Shown here: positions 12,666 through 26,168 of the stretch, piece by piece
Position numbering within the stretch: position 1 is the first letter of the stretch
Layout of the letters: each line of letters begins with the position of its first letter
From: Curvularia clavata
Taxonomy: Eukaryota
DNA length: 64,000 bases
Reading direction: 5' to 3'
Assembly: GCA_023920165.1 (NCBI GenBank)
Contig: CP089277.1
Coordinates: forward strand, 1,488,001-1,552,000
Made by a program: the position numbers and the translations under genes
The notes under the pieces: generated by a model
Told to the model about the DNA's origin: nothing
The model's database searches: none
What the model saw: the letters and a program-made list of their open reading frames with translations, nothing else

Positions 12666-14946
12666 ATGACGTCTTCGCTCCAGCCCTCAGCTCGCCCAGA
12701 GCACCACCCACGCCCACCACCACCACTGCCGCCACGACAGTCTACTCCGGCTGAAGAGGCGCCGCCGCCCTATTCTGTCATGGCCATGTCTTCGCAAGAC
12801 CCGCGCTCTTCGTCGACCCAGTCTCTGGTCCCAGACCCAGCCCTCGACAACTCTGGCCGCCGTCGCCTACTGCTCATCTACATCCATGGCTTCATGGGCA
12901 ATGAAACAAGCTTCAGGAGCTTCCCTGCACATGTTCACAACCTAGTCACCGTCACCCTTGCAGAGTCTCATGTAGTCCACACAAAGATATACCCGCGCTA
13001 CAAGTCACGGGACTCGTTGGAAATCGCAAGAGACAACTTCTCCACATGGTATGCTTGATGACGGTTCGGCCTAGATGCCACTGACAGCCGTCAGGCTAGC
13101 TCCTCATGAAGACCAGTGGACCGATATCGTCCTGCTCGGCCATTCCATGGGTGGCCTGCTCGCCGCAGACATCGCCTTGGTGTTCCGCCATCGCATCATT
13201 GGCCTTGTAAACTTTGATGTGCCCTTCCTAGGCATGCATCCTGGAATCATAAAGGCTGGTCTAGGCAGCCTTTTTAATGCACCACCTGCTCCGCAAGATG
13301 CCATCGTTCAAGACTCAGGTTCAGAGCTCAGGCCCACCAGGGTCAGCACCTTGTTCAACCCAAAGCCAGCCGATCCCAATTACAACCCCAGTTTCCCCAA
13401 CGATATTCACCTACCGAACCGAACTGGCTGGGAAAACAGTTTGCACTGGCTCACCAAACACTACAAAAATGGGCTGAAAGAAGCGACTAAAGGCCTTGTT
13501 AGATCGCATATCGAGTTTGGCGGCGCCATGGCCGATTACAAAGGATTGAAGGATAGATATGTTAGAGTACGGGCCTTAGAGGAAGAGGACGAAGTTACGA
13601 GAAAGAAAGTCCTTCCTCACCTGCACACAGTCCCGAGGGTGCGCTTCGTCAATTACTACACGGCAAGCACAGGAAGGGCCAAGAAACCCAACTCCCCAAA
13701 GCCCCTGAAGTCACCCTCACCCTCGCGCCCCCCTAGCCGCCAAATGCAGCACCATGATAGTGAACCTATTCTTCCCAGTGAAACCTCTAAAGCCGTCAGT
13801 CAGCAGCCCCACCACCAAGACGCTCCTAGAAGCCCTTCCATAACATCGTCTGAGCCAGAGCTGACTCATATACACCCTGATCCCATAGCAAGTTCACCCT
13901 GGGCATCCGCCGAGGCAGAACGCTACGAACAAGCGCTGGGACCTGCCAGCAGTTCTATACAAGTCGACCAGTCGCACGGATCAATTACTCAACACACTGG
14001 TCCGCCTGATCTTCCAGAAATACCCCCCATTCCTCAGGAGCCACCATTCGTAGACCTGCTACAATACACTGATAAGGCTCAGCGCAAAGCTGCAGAGAAG
14101 GAATATGACCAGGCACTCAAAGAGTATCAAAAGGCCGTAAAAGCCCGCAACAAAATTATCAAGGAGCGCACCAAACTCGAAGAGAAATGGGAAAAGGAGC
14201 AGCAGAAGGCGGAGAAGAAGAAAGCAGAGGAGCGCGAGAAGGAGGAGAAGAAACGTCAGCAAGAACATGAAAAGGAGTTGAAAGAACAAGAGATGGCCGA
14301 GCAAAAAAAGCAGCAAGACACCGAGCACATGACGAGAGAAGAAAGGCAAAGGCAGATTGAAAGGGAGCAGAGACAAGCAGAGGCAGAGCAAAGAGAGATG
14401 GAAGCGCGCCAAAGACAACGAGAGGCAGATTTGCGTCAGGGGAAGCTACCCGCAGAAGAAACTCCCGAGCCCATTCCGTCAATTGTTGAACTCGAGGAAG
14501 ATGTTGGTGCCATGGAGCTGGGCCACACCCAACCATCTCAACAGGGGCTACAAGGTCCTTACGGCCATTACGAATTCTCCACGAGCAGAATCATGAGCCA
14601 AGCCCCGCCAGACAGTCGTCACGACTCGTCCTACACGCTCTCTACAACTGACAGTCACAGCAGCCAGCCTTCAAACTCTGATTCAGATGCAAACGTTGCA
14701 GCCAAGCCTAAGAAGCTGAAGAAATTTTGCATGCTGCCACCGAAAGATGGCGATGGCCACAAAGACCCAACTTGGATCGCCGTCTTCATGGAGAACATGG
14801 ACGAAGTCACTGCACATACCTCTCTCTTCTTCGTCAACGAGACATACGAGCGGCTAGTCGGCGATGTGGGAGCGAGAATCGAAGACTGGGTCAAGGAGGC
14901 AGACAGTATGCGCTTGATACGTGACCTTTCGCATATTAAATCATGA
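12666..14946 (+). CDS. Alpha/beta-hydrolase (DUF676-like putative serine esterase) with long coiled-coil region
   Basis: LLIYIHGFMG and nucleophile elbow GHSMGG; intron 13049-13094 joins the two ORFs in frame; K/E/Q-rich helix at ~14060-14440; C-terminal DEVTAHTSLF. Confidence 0.85.
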
Positions 14947-15016
14947 AAAACCCTCTCGTTACTTGTACTCATAGACGACCGCTAGATACCCCATTAATTC
15001 GAGTCCACAATCTCAC

Positions 15017-15687
15017 TTAGACTTTCCACCCCATCCTCGGTGCAACCAGCACCACCCTCGCCCCCAACACGAGCCCCCAAATACCCAATCCAACCACACT
15101 CCTCATACCAGCTAGCCATACAATCCCTGCAACACCCCAGCCCAACCCCAGCGTAGCCAGCAAAACAACTACCTGCTCGCTGCCCCTAATTGCTTCGTTG
15201 AACTGTGTCACGAGCGGGATCCGCGTTTGTTCGCGCTCGTTCCAGAAGGATGACATGTGCAGGTGGGATGCGAAGAGTGCCGTGCTGGTGGCTAGGCTGA
15301 ACACGACGAGGTACAAGGTGGTGGTAGGAGGGGAGAAGACAAGGAAGAGAGAGGTCAGGAGACTGAGTACAAGCTTTGGATAAGAGTTAGAAAAGCGATA
15401 GAAAGAGGAGAGAAAAAAAAAGGCAAGGTTGGAGACGAAGTGCGCATGCCGAATATACAGGTAGTTGGGTATGCAAATGGATGTTCGACCACAAAACGTA
15501 CAGTTATCGTCCCGCTAGCCTGCGTCGTCCGCGTCTTCTGCAGTTTCTGTGCCGCGGTGTTGGACCATTGCGCCGCCTTTTCGCTCGTCTTTTCGTATTG
15601 TTGCAGGCGGGTGATGTTTTGGTAGCTGAGGTAGAGGGCATAGGTTGTTAGGGCGAGGTGCGTGAGGGAGATTATGGGGGTGGACAT
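15017..15687 (-). CDS. Hypothetical small membrane protein
   Basis: Exon 1 (MSTPIISL...QASGTIT) joins exon 2 in frame through intron 15501-15374 (GTACGT..CTAAC..AAG); several hydrophobic segments. Confidence 0.7.
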
Positions 15688-16820
15688 TGCGAACTGAAGG
15701 TGTGTTGAGTAGAGGAGATGGAGTTGAGAAGGGAAAGATGATTGAACTATTATGCCTATGTATATGATGATGCTGTCTGTGGCGGTAGTAGTAGTAGGTA
15801 GTAGTGTTACGGTGCAAGTTTCGAGCAAGAAGCGTGACGTCATTGTTGCTTTGCTCGAATGACAGCAAGTGCGTTTTACTAGGTCGCTGGTAGTGGACGT
15901 ACTACAAGACGTCTTTTCTTCTCGTCTCATTGCACTCCAGAGTGTTGTCCAAGCCCACGGCTTCTAGGATTCCTACGACCGGCGAGGCAGACTACGCATG
16001 TAAACCCCGGACCTTATGCGATACTACATACAGTACTATCAGCCCTTACCATGATCGCACAACGCATTTCTTCGACTTTAAGACTACTTCCCCGTTTTCT
16101 CCGATATGAAGCAAAGCGTCGGAGTTATCTCGCTCATTCGCCGCTGTGCGAGGAAACTATCGGAGCAAGTGGACAACGCTGACGAGGCCTCGATGCACGA
16201 CTCCATGACCGATCAGTGTAAGAGCGATCCTGTCTCGCCTACGGCCCGTAGTGACATCTTGACCATTCAGAAATCGCCAACTATCAGCCGTGTGCCTCGG
16301 CTCATGATTGGCGAGCGACCTAGGACGACAAGCGCACCCTACTGAGAAATGGAATTACGCTACGGACCCAGAGAGAGGGTGAGCTACTGCCGGGAAGGGA
16401 GGTCAATATGCAACTTGAATGCGCGCATGGTGGGTCCCGCCGCTCAACCACATTTGCAGCTCCAGGCAGGTCAATCACGAACCAGACGGCTGAATAGCGG
16501 GCATGTTGGTCTGGAGTTTAAATTGCCCGTGAAATATATGGCACTGCTTACGGTTTGGTCAGATAACTTGGCGTCTCCAATTGGGCTGCGCGGCTGGAAA
16601 AGGCTAGGGCAAGGTGGTTGTATTGTATTGAAGGCGCCCTCGAGTCCACTGCGGCTTACGGACCCCCGCTGTTGATCATCGCCTTCCCTATTGGCTGCTG
16701 CCCCACGCACAGCATCTACTCCCACGCTCGCCGACGCGTTGCGGCTAGACAAGGCACATCTTGGGAACTGCCCATGACTTGCTGTCGTTCTCCTTCTCGA
16801 GAGTTCAACAACTCTTCACA

Positions 16821-18097
16821 ATGGCTCAGAGAGTGCTTTTCCGTCCAAGTGGTTTGAGGGTTGGCCCCAGGCGAGTCCATCACTTCACCCGCTCGTTTAG
16901 CACAGTGCTCGACACTCCCGTAGACCCCGGCACTCAACAAATACGCCAAACCACGCCGCGAACATCAGTCTTCGAAAACGCGCTCAATGCAAAAGCCCCA
17001 AGAACAAACTGGACAAAGGATGAGATTGCTGAAATTTACAACACTTCGCTCATCGACCTCACCTATGCATCGGTAGGTTGACCTGCCATTGTCCTTCAGC
17101 ATGCCCCTCATCATCAGTCTTACAGGCCTCTGTCCACCGCCGGTTCCATGACCCCGCTTCCATTCAAATGTGCACGCTCTTCAACATCAAGACGGGTGGC
17201 TGCAGCGAAGACTGTTCCTACTGTGCACAGTCGTCCCGCTACGACACTGGACTCAAGGCCACTAAGCTGAGTTCCGTTGAGTCGGTTCTAGAAGCCGCAC
17301 GTATCGCAAAAGAGAACGGGAGCTCACGGTTCTGCATGGGCGCTGCATGGAGAGACATGAGAGGTCGAAAGACCAACCTCAAGAACATCAAGGAGATGAT
17401 CAAGGGTGTACGCGGCATGGGCATGGAGGCATGTGTGACTTTGGGCATGGTCGATGCGGAGCAAGCAAAAGAACTGAAAGAGGCAGGCTTGACTGCGTAC
17501 AATCACAACGTGGACACGAGTCGCGAGCACTACCCCAGCGTCATTACAACACGCACGTACGATGAACGACTCAATACCATCAAGAATGTCCAGGAAGCTG
17601 GCATCCATGTATGCACTGGTGGAATTCTTGGGCTTGGAGAAAAGGCACGCGACCATGTTGGTCTCATCCACACAGTCGCCACTTTGCCAGCCCACCCTGA
17701 GTCATTCCCTGTTAATGCCCTAGTGCCCATCAAAGGCACCCCTCTAGGAGAGACCCAAGCCATCTCCTTCGACGCCATTCTCAGAACCATTGCTACTGCC
17801 AGACTCGTACTACCGACTACCATTATCCGCCTTGCGGCTGGCCGCCACACGATGCGCGAGGAGAAGCAGATTCTGTGCTTCCAGGCTGGTGCAAATGCCG
17901 TCTTCACTGGCGAGAAGATGCTGACGACAGCATGCAATGGCTGGGAGGAGGACAAGGCCATGTTTGAAAAGTGGGGGCTGAGGCCTATGAAGATGGAGGA
18001 GACGATTGGCGAGAAGCGCAGAGTCCCTGGGCAGGATGAGGCTGAGGCTGTTGTTGCGGCTGCTGAGGCAGAGGCTACGGCACAGGTACTCGCTTAG
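16821..18097 (+). CDS. bioB: Biotin synthase (radical SAM)
   Basis: CxxxCxxC (CSEDCSYC), YNHNVD, HPESFPVN, RLAAGR; intron 17073-17125; Arg-rich, acid-free N-terminus resembling a mitochondrial presequence. Confidence 0.97.
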
Positions 18098-18230
18098 GAA
18101 GTGATATTGGTTTCGTGTGAGGATAGTGGTTAGACTCTTGCAATGATACGCTCTTCACATGATTGTCAAGAAAGAGCAGTTTTCGATATGTTCCTTTGTA
18201 ACACAGTTGGTCTTGGTGAGCCCGTTATAC

Positions 18231-19572
18231 TCAGAGCCTAGCTCTCCCTGGAGCATCCTGGCATTCGTCCCTCTGTACATCTGCTGCCTGACTCTCGCAC
18301 CACCTCCGCAGTGCCAACACAAGCCTCTCAACCTCAGCGACAGTGTTACCTGCATGCAGACATATCCTCACTCTCTCGGTACCTGGGGGTACTGTTGGTG
18401 GCACAACAGCTCTTACCATCATACCTTGATTCTGCAAGGAGCTAGCGAGCACTTTTGGGTTCACCAGCTGCACCGCGAAGATGGGAGAACTAGGACACAC
18501 AGATGGAATCTTCAGCATGCGACGCGCGTGGCTACACGTGTTCCAGAGGTCCTCGAGTTTTGCGTACAGGGTTTGGGTGAGTAGATGCAGATGAGACTGT
18601 AGCAAATCACTCTGCCCAGATTGAAGCAGGGAGTAGGATGAGCGGGTGAGAGCGAGTGATGGGTAGGAGAGAAATGTCGTGTAGATGAGAGGACGCGCGT
18701 AATTGATCAAATAATGCCGCAGTGTGCTTGAGCCCAGGAGAATCGCTGCAGTGAATGTTCAGTATTCTGCATCAGTTCGTAGGATCCATTGCTTTGTACT
18801 CACCTCCATTTGCTGCTAATGCTTTCCCAAAAGTGTGAAGTCGGGCGAAGATGCGGTTTTCAAGGCCGAGATGGCTCACTAAGCCTCTTCCTTGAGGACC
18901 TAGTACCCCCGTTGAATGGGCTTCATCGACGATGACGTATGATCGACTCGAGCCCAAGATGTCTTCAGCCACGTCGACTATATCTTGCAAAGGCGCAACG
19001 TCGCCATCCATACTGTAGATCGATTCGACAGCCACAAAGACGTTAGACACGCCTTGTCGAACACCCACATGGCTCCCTTTAAGCTCGACCAAAACCCTTC
19101 GTAACTCAGCCACGCAATTATGCCGGAAGACTATGGTACTGCCAGCTCTTGACAACTTCATCCCATCGTGCACACTAGCATGCACCAGCTCATCGTAAAC
19201 CACGACATCGCCTGGCTGCGGCACCGACGAAAAGAATCCCACATTCGCGTCGAACCCGCTATTAAACAATAGCCCGGTCTCCGCCCCGTGAAAAGCGGCA
19301 ATGTCGTGCTCTAGCTCCTCTGCGTAAGCCGAATTACCATCGAGAAGCCGAGATCCACCGCTGCCTAACGGCAACGACGCTTTTTGCAGCTCGTCCAGAT
19401 AGGCAGATTTGAGCAGCGGCGAGGTAGATAACGAGAGAAAGTCGTTTGAGGAAAAATCTACTTGTCCGGGTTTGGGGAGGGTCAAGTTGCGCAGTGTAGA
19501 CTGAGTGCGCCGCCGGTCCAAAAGTCGACGTAATGTCTGTTCCAATCCAATTGCCTTTGCATTGTTGTCCAT
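18231..19572 (-). CDS. bioF: 8-amino-7-oxononanoate (KAPA) synthase
   Basis: DFSSNDFL, GSGGSRLL, HASVHDG, SMDGD, VDEAH and the PLP lysine in TFGKA; intron 18803-18746; ends in -ARL (PTS1). Confidence 0.96.
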
Positions 19573-20049
19573 GTTCCTGCTGCTGGTTGCACAGCGCTTC
19601 TGGGATCGAGAGTCACCAAGTTAAGCAACGTGACTGTTGCGCCCTTTTCGGAGGAGAGGGCCTGCGGTAGACAGACAGACAGCGGGGATCCCCAATGGGC
19701 GTGGGGGGGAGGAGCACTTTTTGCCGCGACTTTCCGCGCGCAGCAGTAGAAAAAGAAAAATGAATTGCGTATACCGATATGATGCGAGCATTGGTATTAA
19801 TTAGCTAAAACCTTGAGTATGCACTTTCCTCTTGCGTGCCGCTTGCATAGCCGGATTGCGCGGGCGATTGACTAATCCCATTTGTTGTACCTGCATGCTT
19901 TGGGGCCCCTTCGGTGAGACTCCCCAACACTTCTGACTGTTCTGGTTGCCGAATTAGCGTCCCCACTGCAACTGAGGCCGTCTGATGGAGTCCTTACGTG
20001 TAACTTTCTTCTTGAGGAATTGATTCTTCTTCCGAGAGAGAAACGAAAA
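19573..20049. promoter_or_regulatory. Divergent intergenic promoter region shared by bioF and bioDA
   Basis: 477 bp between head-to-head start codons. Confidence 0.65.
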
Positions 20050-22618
20050 ATGGCGAGGGTTCCAGGTGGGCTGTGGAAGAAGCTCGTCGCGGTGCAGGTC
20101 TATGGTGCCAATACCGGTGTAGGAAAGACGGTCTTTTCAACGCTTCTTGGTGCGCACTTTGCGAGGAGGGCAGACAAGACAAGATGGAGAGTGAAATACA
20201 TCAAGCCGGTCTCGACGGGTCCTCCAGATGAAGCTGATGATAGGTGAGACTTCTGCCGCTTGTCTGGTTTTGGCCACATATGTATATGCGACTGTGGCTG
20301 ACCAAGACAGTTACGTGCAAAAATACAGTGGAAGAAAGGTTTCGACACTTTTTAAGTTCAACGATGCTGTCAGTCCGCATGTAGCAGCAAGAGGGGCGGA
20401 CCTGATCGTAGGGTTCTCTGTGTCTTCTAGTGAGCACATTCGCTAATCGGTCTAGCCTAGCGATGAGCTCATCAGCCAGACTGTTTTCAAGACCATCCAG
20501 CAAGAAGCGAAGGCCCTATCAATGGAGAAAGAAACTATGGGCCTCGCCATGATCGAAACAGCTGGCGGTGTGCTCAGCCCAGGACCTTCAGGTACTCCAC
20601 AAGCCGACATTTTTCGGCCACTACGACTTCCTTCTGTGCTGGTAGGAGACCACCGTCTAGGCGGAATTGCATCCACAATCTCCGCTGCTGAGTCTCTCAT
20701 CTTACGAGGATATGACATCGACGCGGTCGTGTGCTTCAACGACCAGAGTAAGTATGAAAATGCTCAATACCTGGAGGAGTATTTCAAGGATCTGGGGATT
20801 TCGGCTTTCACGCTACCCTGGATACCAGACATGCAGGGTGTAGATGCGGGTACAAAGAAGGAGACGGAATTGATGCAGGGTTACTACAGCTCGCAGAGTG
20901 CAAAGGAACCAATTGACCAGGTCGCCCGAAGACTGCTTGATCGCCATAGCGAACGGCTTCGCAATTTGGATACTATGGCCTCGCGGACTAACCAAGCCAT
21001 CTGGCATCCTTTTACGCAACACAAGCACTTGAAAAGCGAAGATGACATACTGGTATTTGATTCAGCATACGGCGACTATTTCCAAGTCAAGAAAACTGGC
21101 GAAACTCCTGAGACGCACGAGGATCGATCAATGCTATATCCCGCATTCGACGGCTCTGCATCATGGTGGACTCAAGGCCTTGGTCACGGCAACCCTCGGC
21201 TTGCCCTACAAGCAGCATATGCGGCCGGAAGATACGGTCATGTCATGTTTGCCGGTGCCACCCATGAGCCCGCTCTAGTCCTCGCCGAAAAGATCCTGAA
21301 AGAATCGCAGAATCACCGTCTCAAAAAGGTGTTCTATACCGACAATGGAAGCACTGCAACTGAAGTCGGTATCAAGATGGCACTACGAGCGGCCAGCAAA
21401 CACTACGGGTGGGACAGCACTCAAGAGAATATTGGCGTCATAGGACTCAAAGGCAGCTACCACGGAGATACAATCGGTGCCATGGATGCTTCTGAGCCTT
21501 GCGTCTTCAACGAAAAGGTGGACTGGTACCGAGGACGCGGCTTTTGGTTTGACTTTCCGACTTTCAAGCTCAAAAAGGGACAGTGGATTGTGGAGCCGCC
21601 CAAGGGCATGGAAAAGGAGTTTGGTCCGACGCAGTGCTTTGAAACGCAAGACGACATTTTCAATTTGACAGCCCGAGGCCGTGCTGATCACTATGAAGCT
21701 TGTATAGAGAAGACGCTAGACGAGCTTGTGAAGAAGCAAGGGAGGAAGTTCGGTGCGTTGGTCATGGAGCCTGTTATTCTTGGAGCTGGAGGTATGCTTT
21801 TTGTCGATCCGCTCTTCCAGCAGTCTCTGGTCCGCGTCGTCCGCCGCTACGACTTCAGCAGCGGGTCGCGGATTACACCAACATCAGCCGAGGACGACGT
21901 CACCTGGTCTGGCCTACCCGTCATGTTTGACGAAGTCTTCACCGGCCTGTACCGATTAGGTCGCTTCTCAGCTGCCTCCTTCCTCCAGACGCACCCAGAT
22001 ATTAGTGTCAATGCGAAGCTGCTCACCGGCGGTCTTCTCCCACTTTCTATAACGTCTGCTAGCCAGTCCATCTTCGAGACCTTCTGGGGCGACGAAAAGG
22101 CAGACGCGCTCTTGCATGGACACAGCTACACTGCACATGCAGTGGGTTGTCATGTGGCTAATACAAGCTTGCAAACGATGCATCACGCAAGCATGGGAGA
22201 GGAATGGAGGCAATATAAGAAGCAGTGGAATAGTCCCAGCAACGACAAAAATGCGCCTTGGAGCATGTGGTCCAAGTCCTTTGTGGAAAACCTCTCCCAG
22301 CACGAGCGAGTCGATCACGTAAATGCCCTGGGTTCCGTGCTTGCGGTGTCGCTTGTTGATGGGGCTGGCTCTGGTGAGTGTTATTGTAAAGTCATTCATG
22401 CTTTTCTCTTCTAACATGGTGCAGGATATACCTCCTCCGCCGCAGTCGGTCTTCGCGACCAGCTCTTGAACAATACGTCTGGGGCGTCAGAGGTTCAAAT
22501 TCATTCCCGTGTTCTGGGCAATGTTATTTATCTTATGGCGAGTATGCTGACGACACGTGCCCATTTGAGGGACGTTGAAAATGCGTTTATGGAAAGGTTG
22601 CGTGGAAGCAGTACTTGA
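20050..22618 (+). CDS. bioDA: Bifunctional dethiobiotin synthetase / DAPA aminotransferase
   Basis: BioD P-loop GANTGVGKT, IKPV and ETAGG fused to BioA motifs WHPFTQ, SWWT, YHGDT, FDEVFTG, AKLLTGG, HGHSY. Introns 20244-20310, 20408-20455 and 22374-22424 all keep frame. Confidence 0.97.
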
Positions 22619-23648
22619 TGGTGCACTTGCGGTGCCTAAGACTGCTCTCTCCTGATCCGTATTTTAGATAAGTGTATAATGCTGAGTTTGATATCATGAG
22701 CTGCCGTCTACACTGGTAACGAGAGATCGATCCGGATGCGAATATTCCTTGGTTCCCAACGTGATTTTATCCGCTGATCGTGAGGAAACAAAGTCGGTAA
22801 ATGTTTTCGAAAGAGATGGAAAAGATGAAATGACCATTTGGTTAGCACAGCGAATAGTTCACTTGCCAATCACCATCTGGAGACATATAAAGCTAATTTG
22901 TGAGTCGCTGATGGCCGACTGGAAATATTGGTAGTGCCAGCTTCATATAGAGAATCTCAATATTTTGCCTGAAATGAGCAAATAAGAACCACACAATTGA
23001 AGTCAAAGCATGAAGTTTTAACTGGTAGTGCGGTGGTGTACAGCAGAGCGCAGAAATCCGTTGTGCCAGCATATCCGGTCTCTGCCGCTATACAATCTCT
23101 CCAGAGTCGGCCAGAATTTCCGCGATACGGACAGAATTACAGCCGACAATATCTTCAACGGTGCCGGTGAGATATTCAGGCATCGCCTAGGTATATTGCC
23201 TGTTTTGGGAGCCATTGCTCATCGAGATCAGATTTGGCTTTCCTGACAGCTTGGTCGCATACAATACGGAATGGCGTTCACGTCCGCTACGATTATTCGA
23301 ACCCTGAATGTAGTTTTGTTCCATTGAAATCCGTAAATTAATCCAGATAGTTCAGGCATTTTGTCGCAGCAGTCGCGTGTGTAGCTCAGCTTCACAGGCA
23401 TGAGGCTCGTGCACACGGTCTTTCACAAAGTCCGTCAAGTCACGTGCAACGGACTCTCATCCACCCCGACTAACCAGCAGATCTACCCAAGAGTTTTATA
23501 TATTACCTCTCCAATTTGAAAATGCCGCAGGAAATCAACGTCGACTTTGAGCAGTGCGATACAAGCTGTCATAACACGTAACTTTTGTTCAATTACAATC
23601 ACACTCCACAACATTCGACCACGCGATTGATACAAGACGTCTGACAAA

Positions 23649-25514
23649 ATGTCTGAAAAGCAGTCTCAAGACCTCGAAACTGGACCCAAAAGCTCTGGTG
23701 TAGGCAATAATAGCGGGGAGGTGTTTGAGAAACAGACACTTACAACCATTGTGCTTTTGACAACTACATCCTTGATGGCCATGTTCTTGATTGCTCTAGA
23801 CCGAACCATCATCACCACGGTAAAAGGAGCACCCCCTTCCTGATAGACCTGGCTAAACTTAATACTAGGCGTTTCCCAACATCACAAACGAATTCAAATC
23901 GCTTCCCGACATCGGCTGGTATGCAAGCGCATACCTTATGACGTGCGGCGCATTCCAACTCATGTTTGGAAAGATCTACTCCATGTATAGTGTTAAGATG
24001 GTACTTCTCATAAGCATCTTTCTGTTCGAAGTTGGTTCGGCTATCTGCGGTGCTGCGCCCAACTCGGTAGCCTTCATCTGCGGACGAGCCGTAGCAGGAG
24101 TCGGTGCCGCTGGTATTCTTGGTGGCTCGGTGAGTGAGTTCTTTGTCCTGTGTTAGAATAAGACTTGACTCATTTCAAAGGTTGTTACAATTACTCGCAT
24201 TGTTCCACTTAAACAACAGCCTGCCATGAGCGGTCTGCTAGGGGCCGTCTTCGGGTTTGCTATCATCATGGGACCATTGATTGGCGGCGCACTTACATCA
24301 AACGCCACATGGCGATGGTGTTTCTATATAAATTTACCAATCGGCGGATTCGTTATGATGGTTCGAGCATTTACTATCAAGGTACCCAACTCGAAGACTG
24401 TTACACTCTCAGTGAGAGAGAAACTGTTGCAGTTGGACCCTCTCGGCATTCTGTTCCTTGTACCTGGGGTGATCTGCTTTGTACTAGCACTTCAATGGGG
24501 AGGTCAGCAGTATGCGGTAAGCTTTCTGCTGCTTTATCTACGTTCTACGAAACTAATAGTGTTTAGTGGAACAGCGGGCGTGTCATCGCCTTGCTGGCAG
24601 TCATGCCAGTCCTTTTCGTTGCTTTCGTTGCTGTCCAACTTCTCATGCCTAAGACAGCGATGCTTCCCTCTCGCTTGTTCAGGCAACGAAGTGTTGTCGC
24701 AGGTTTCTGGCAAATGTCTTTCGTCGGTGCTGGAATGTACGTTGTCAGTGAGTACAGTCTCCACGAATAGATTTCGTGATTGCAAAAATTGATTTTGTTG
24801 AATCTAGTCTACTACCTTCCCGTCTGGTTCCAATCTATCAAAGGCGACTCCCCAGTGAAAGCTGGAATCAAGCTCCTTCCCTTAATGCTATCCATGCTTG
24901 CCGCGTCCATTCTCTTTGGAGGTGTCACGCAAAAGCTGGGATACTACACACCAGTTGGTATCATCGGAACTGCGATTATGGCTATCGGCGCTGGCCTTTT
25001 GATTCTATTGGAAGTCGACTCTGGCCACGATAAGTGGATCGGATACCAAGTCGTCTTTGGATTTGGCATGGGTCTCTCCATGCAGACACCTACCATTGCC
25101 GTCCAGACAGTTGTGCCGCAGCGGGATATTCCGATTGGCATGGGATTATTGTTCTTTGGCCAACTCGTCGGCGGAGCGATAGGCGTTCCAATCGGAACGA
25201 ACGTGCTGAACAACCAACTATTGAAGAGGCTTGTAGGAGTTCCAGGTTTTCAACCGTCATTTGTTACGTCTGGCGGTGCTACAGCCATCATCAACTCGCT
25301 GCCCTCAGAGTTCAAGCCGGTGGTTCTCGAAGCATACAACTCAGCACTACAAGATGTTTTCAAAGTCGGTACCATACTCACAGCATTGTCGTTCCTTGGA
25401 GTGGCTTCGTTGGAGTGGAGGAGTACCAAAGAAGAATCTGCCGAGAAAAGTCTTCCTCCAGTTGAAGATGAGAAAGAACACGGGGTCGTTGAGACTAGTC
25501 TGACAACATTCTGA
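23649..25514 (+). CDS. MFS drug:H+ antiporter (DHA2-type, toxin-efflux-like)
   Basis: [49 protein letters not shown]. Four introns at about 23820-23868, 24130-24180, 24517-24567 and 24748-24808. Confidence 0.92.
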
Positions 25515-26168
25515 GATGAATATCGCACTCTGGTAGGCGTCACACTATATCTATGCCGCACGTGAAAAAAGCAGCATGACAGCATCAGCAAGACGAGCTG
25601 CGCTGCATGTCAAGCATTTTCCACATTGTCCTCATTTGATATCCCACTGTATTAGTATTCATTTTAGTTCCCAAAAGATTTTATATGTACAGGATAAGAC
25701 ATTTGATATATATAGAGACAGACAAAGAACTATGAGTCACCGCTCCGCATTGTATTTGTTCCAAGAACCTCATCATAGATCCACGCTTTGGTCATTCATC
25801 ACGAAGCTAAGTCTGTTCGCACCAGAGCGCTACGGTGGTCCTGCGGGTCACGAAACAGGACGCCTAATCTGCAATGCCTTGATGAAAAAGATGATTGTTT
25901 TCAGTGCTAGAGATTTCTATATGTGAGTAGTGTACATATGCGAGGGATGGTGCTGCCCCCTAGGGAACCGACGAAAGGATTCCGTAGCCAATCACAGATG
26001 CAGCTGACTGAATTGGGGGCGTATCATGAAATCATGCATGTAGTAATCAACCGTGCCTCACCCTCCACTGTTATGCTGACCTAGCGCGACCCAAGTAATG
26101 CATCCACTGCTCGTGGCCATGTGACTCCTACAACTTGGTCAAGCACCACTTTGTCGACTGTGTCAAAT

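Noticed and set aside
16101..19785. Shared CCGATATGAWGC upstream of bioB (16101) and in the bioF/bioDA promoter (19774)
   Set aside because: An 11/12 match between regions of this size is expected by chance; no yeast-type VHRE was found either.
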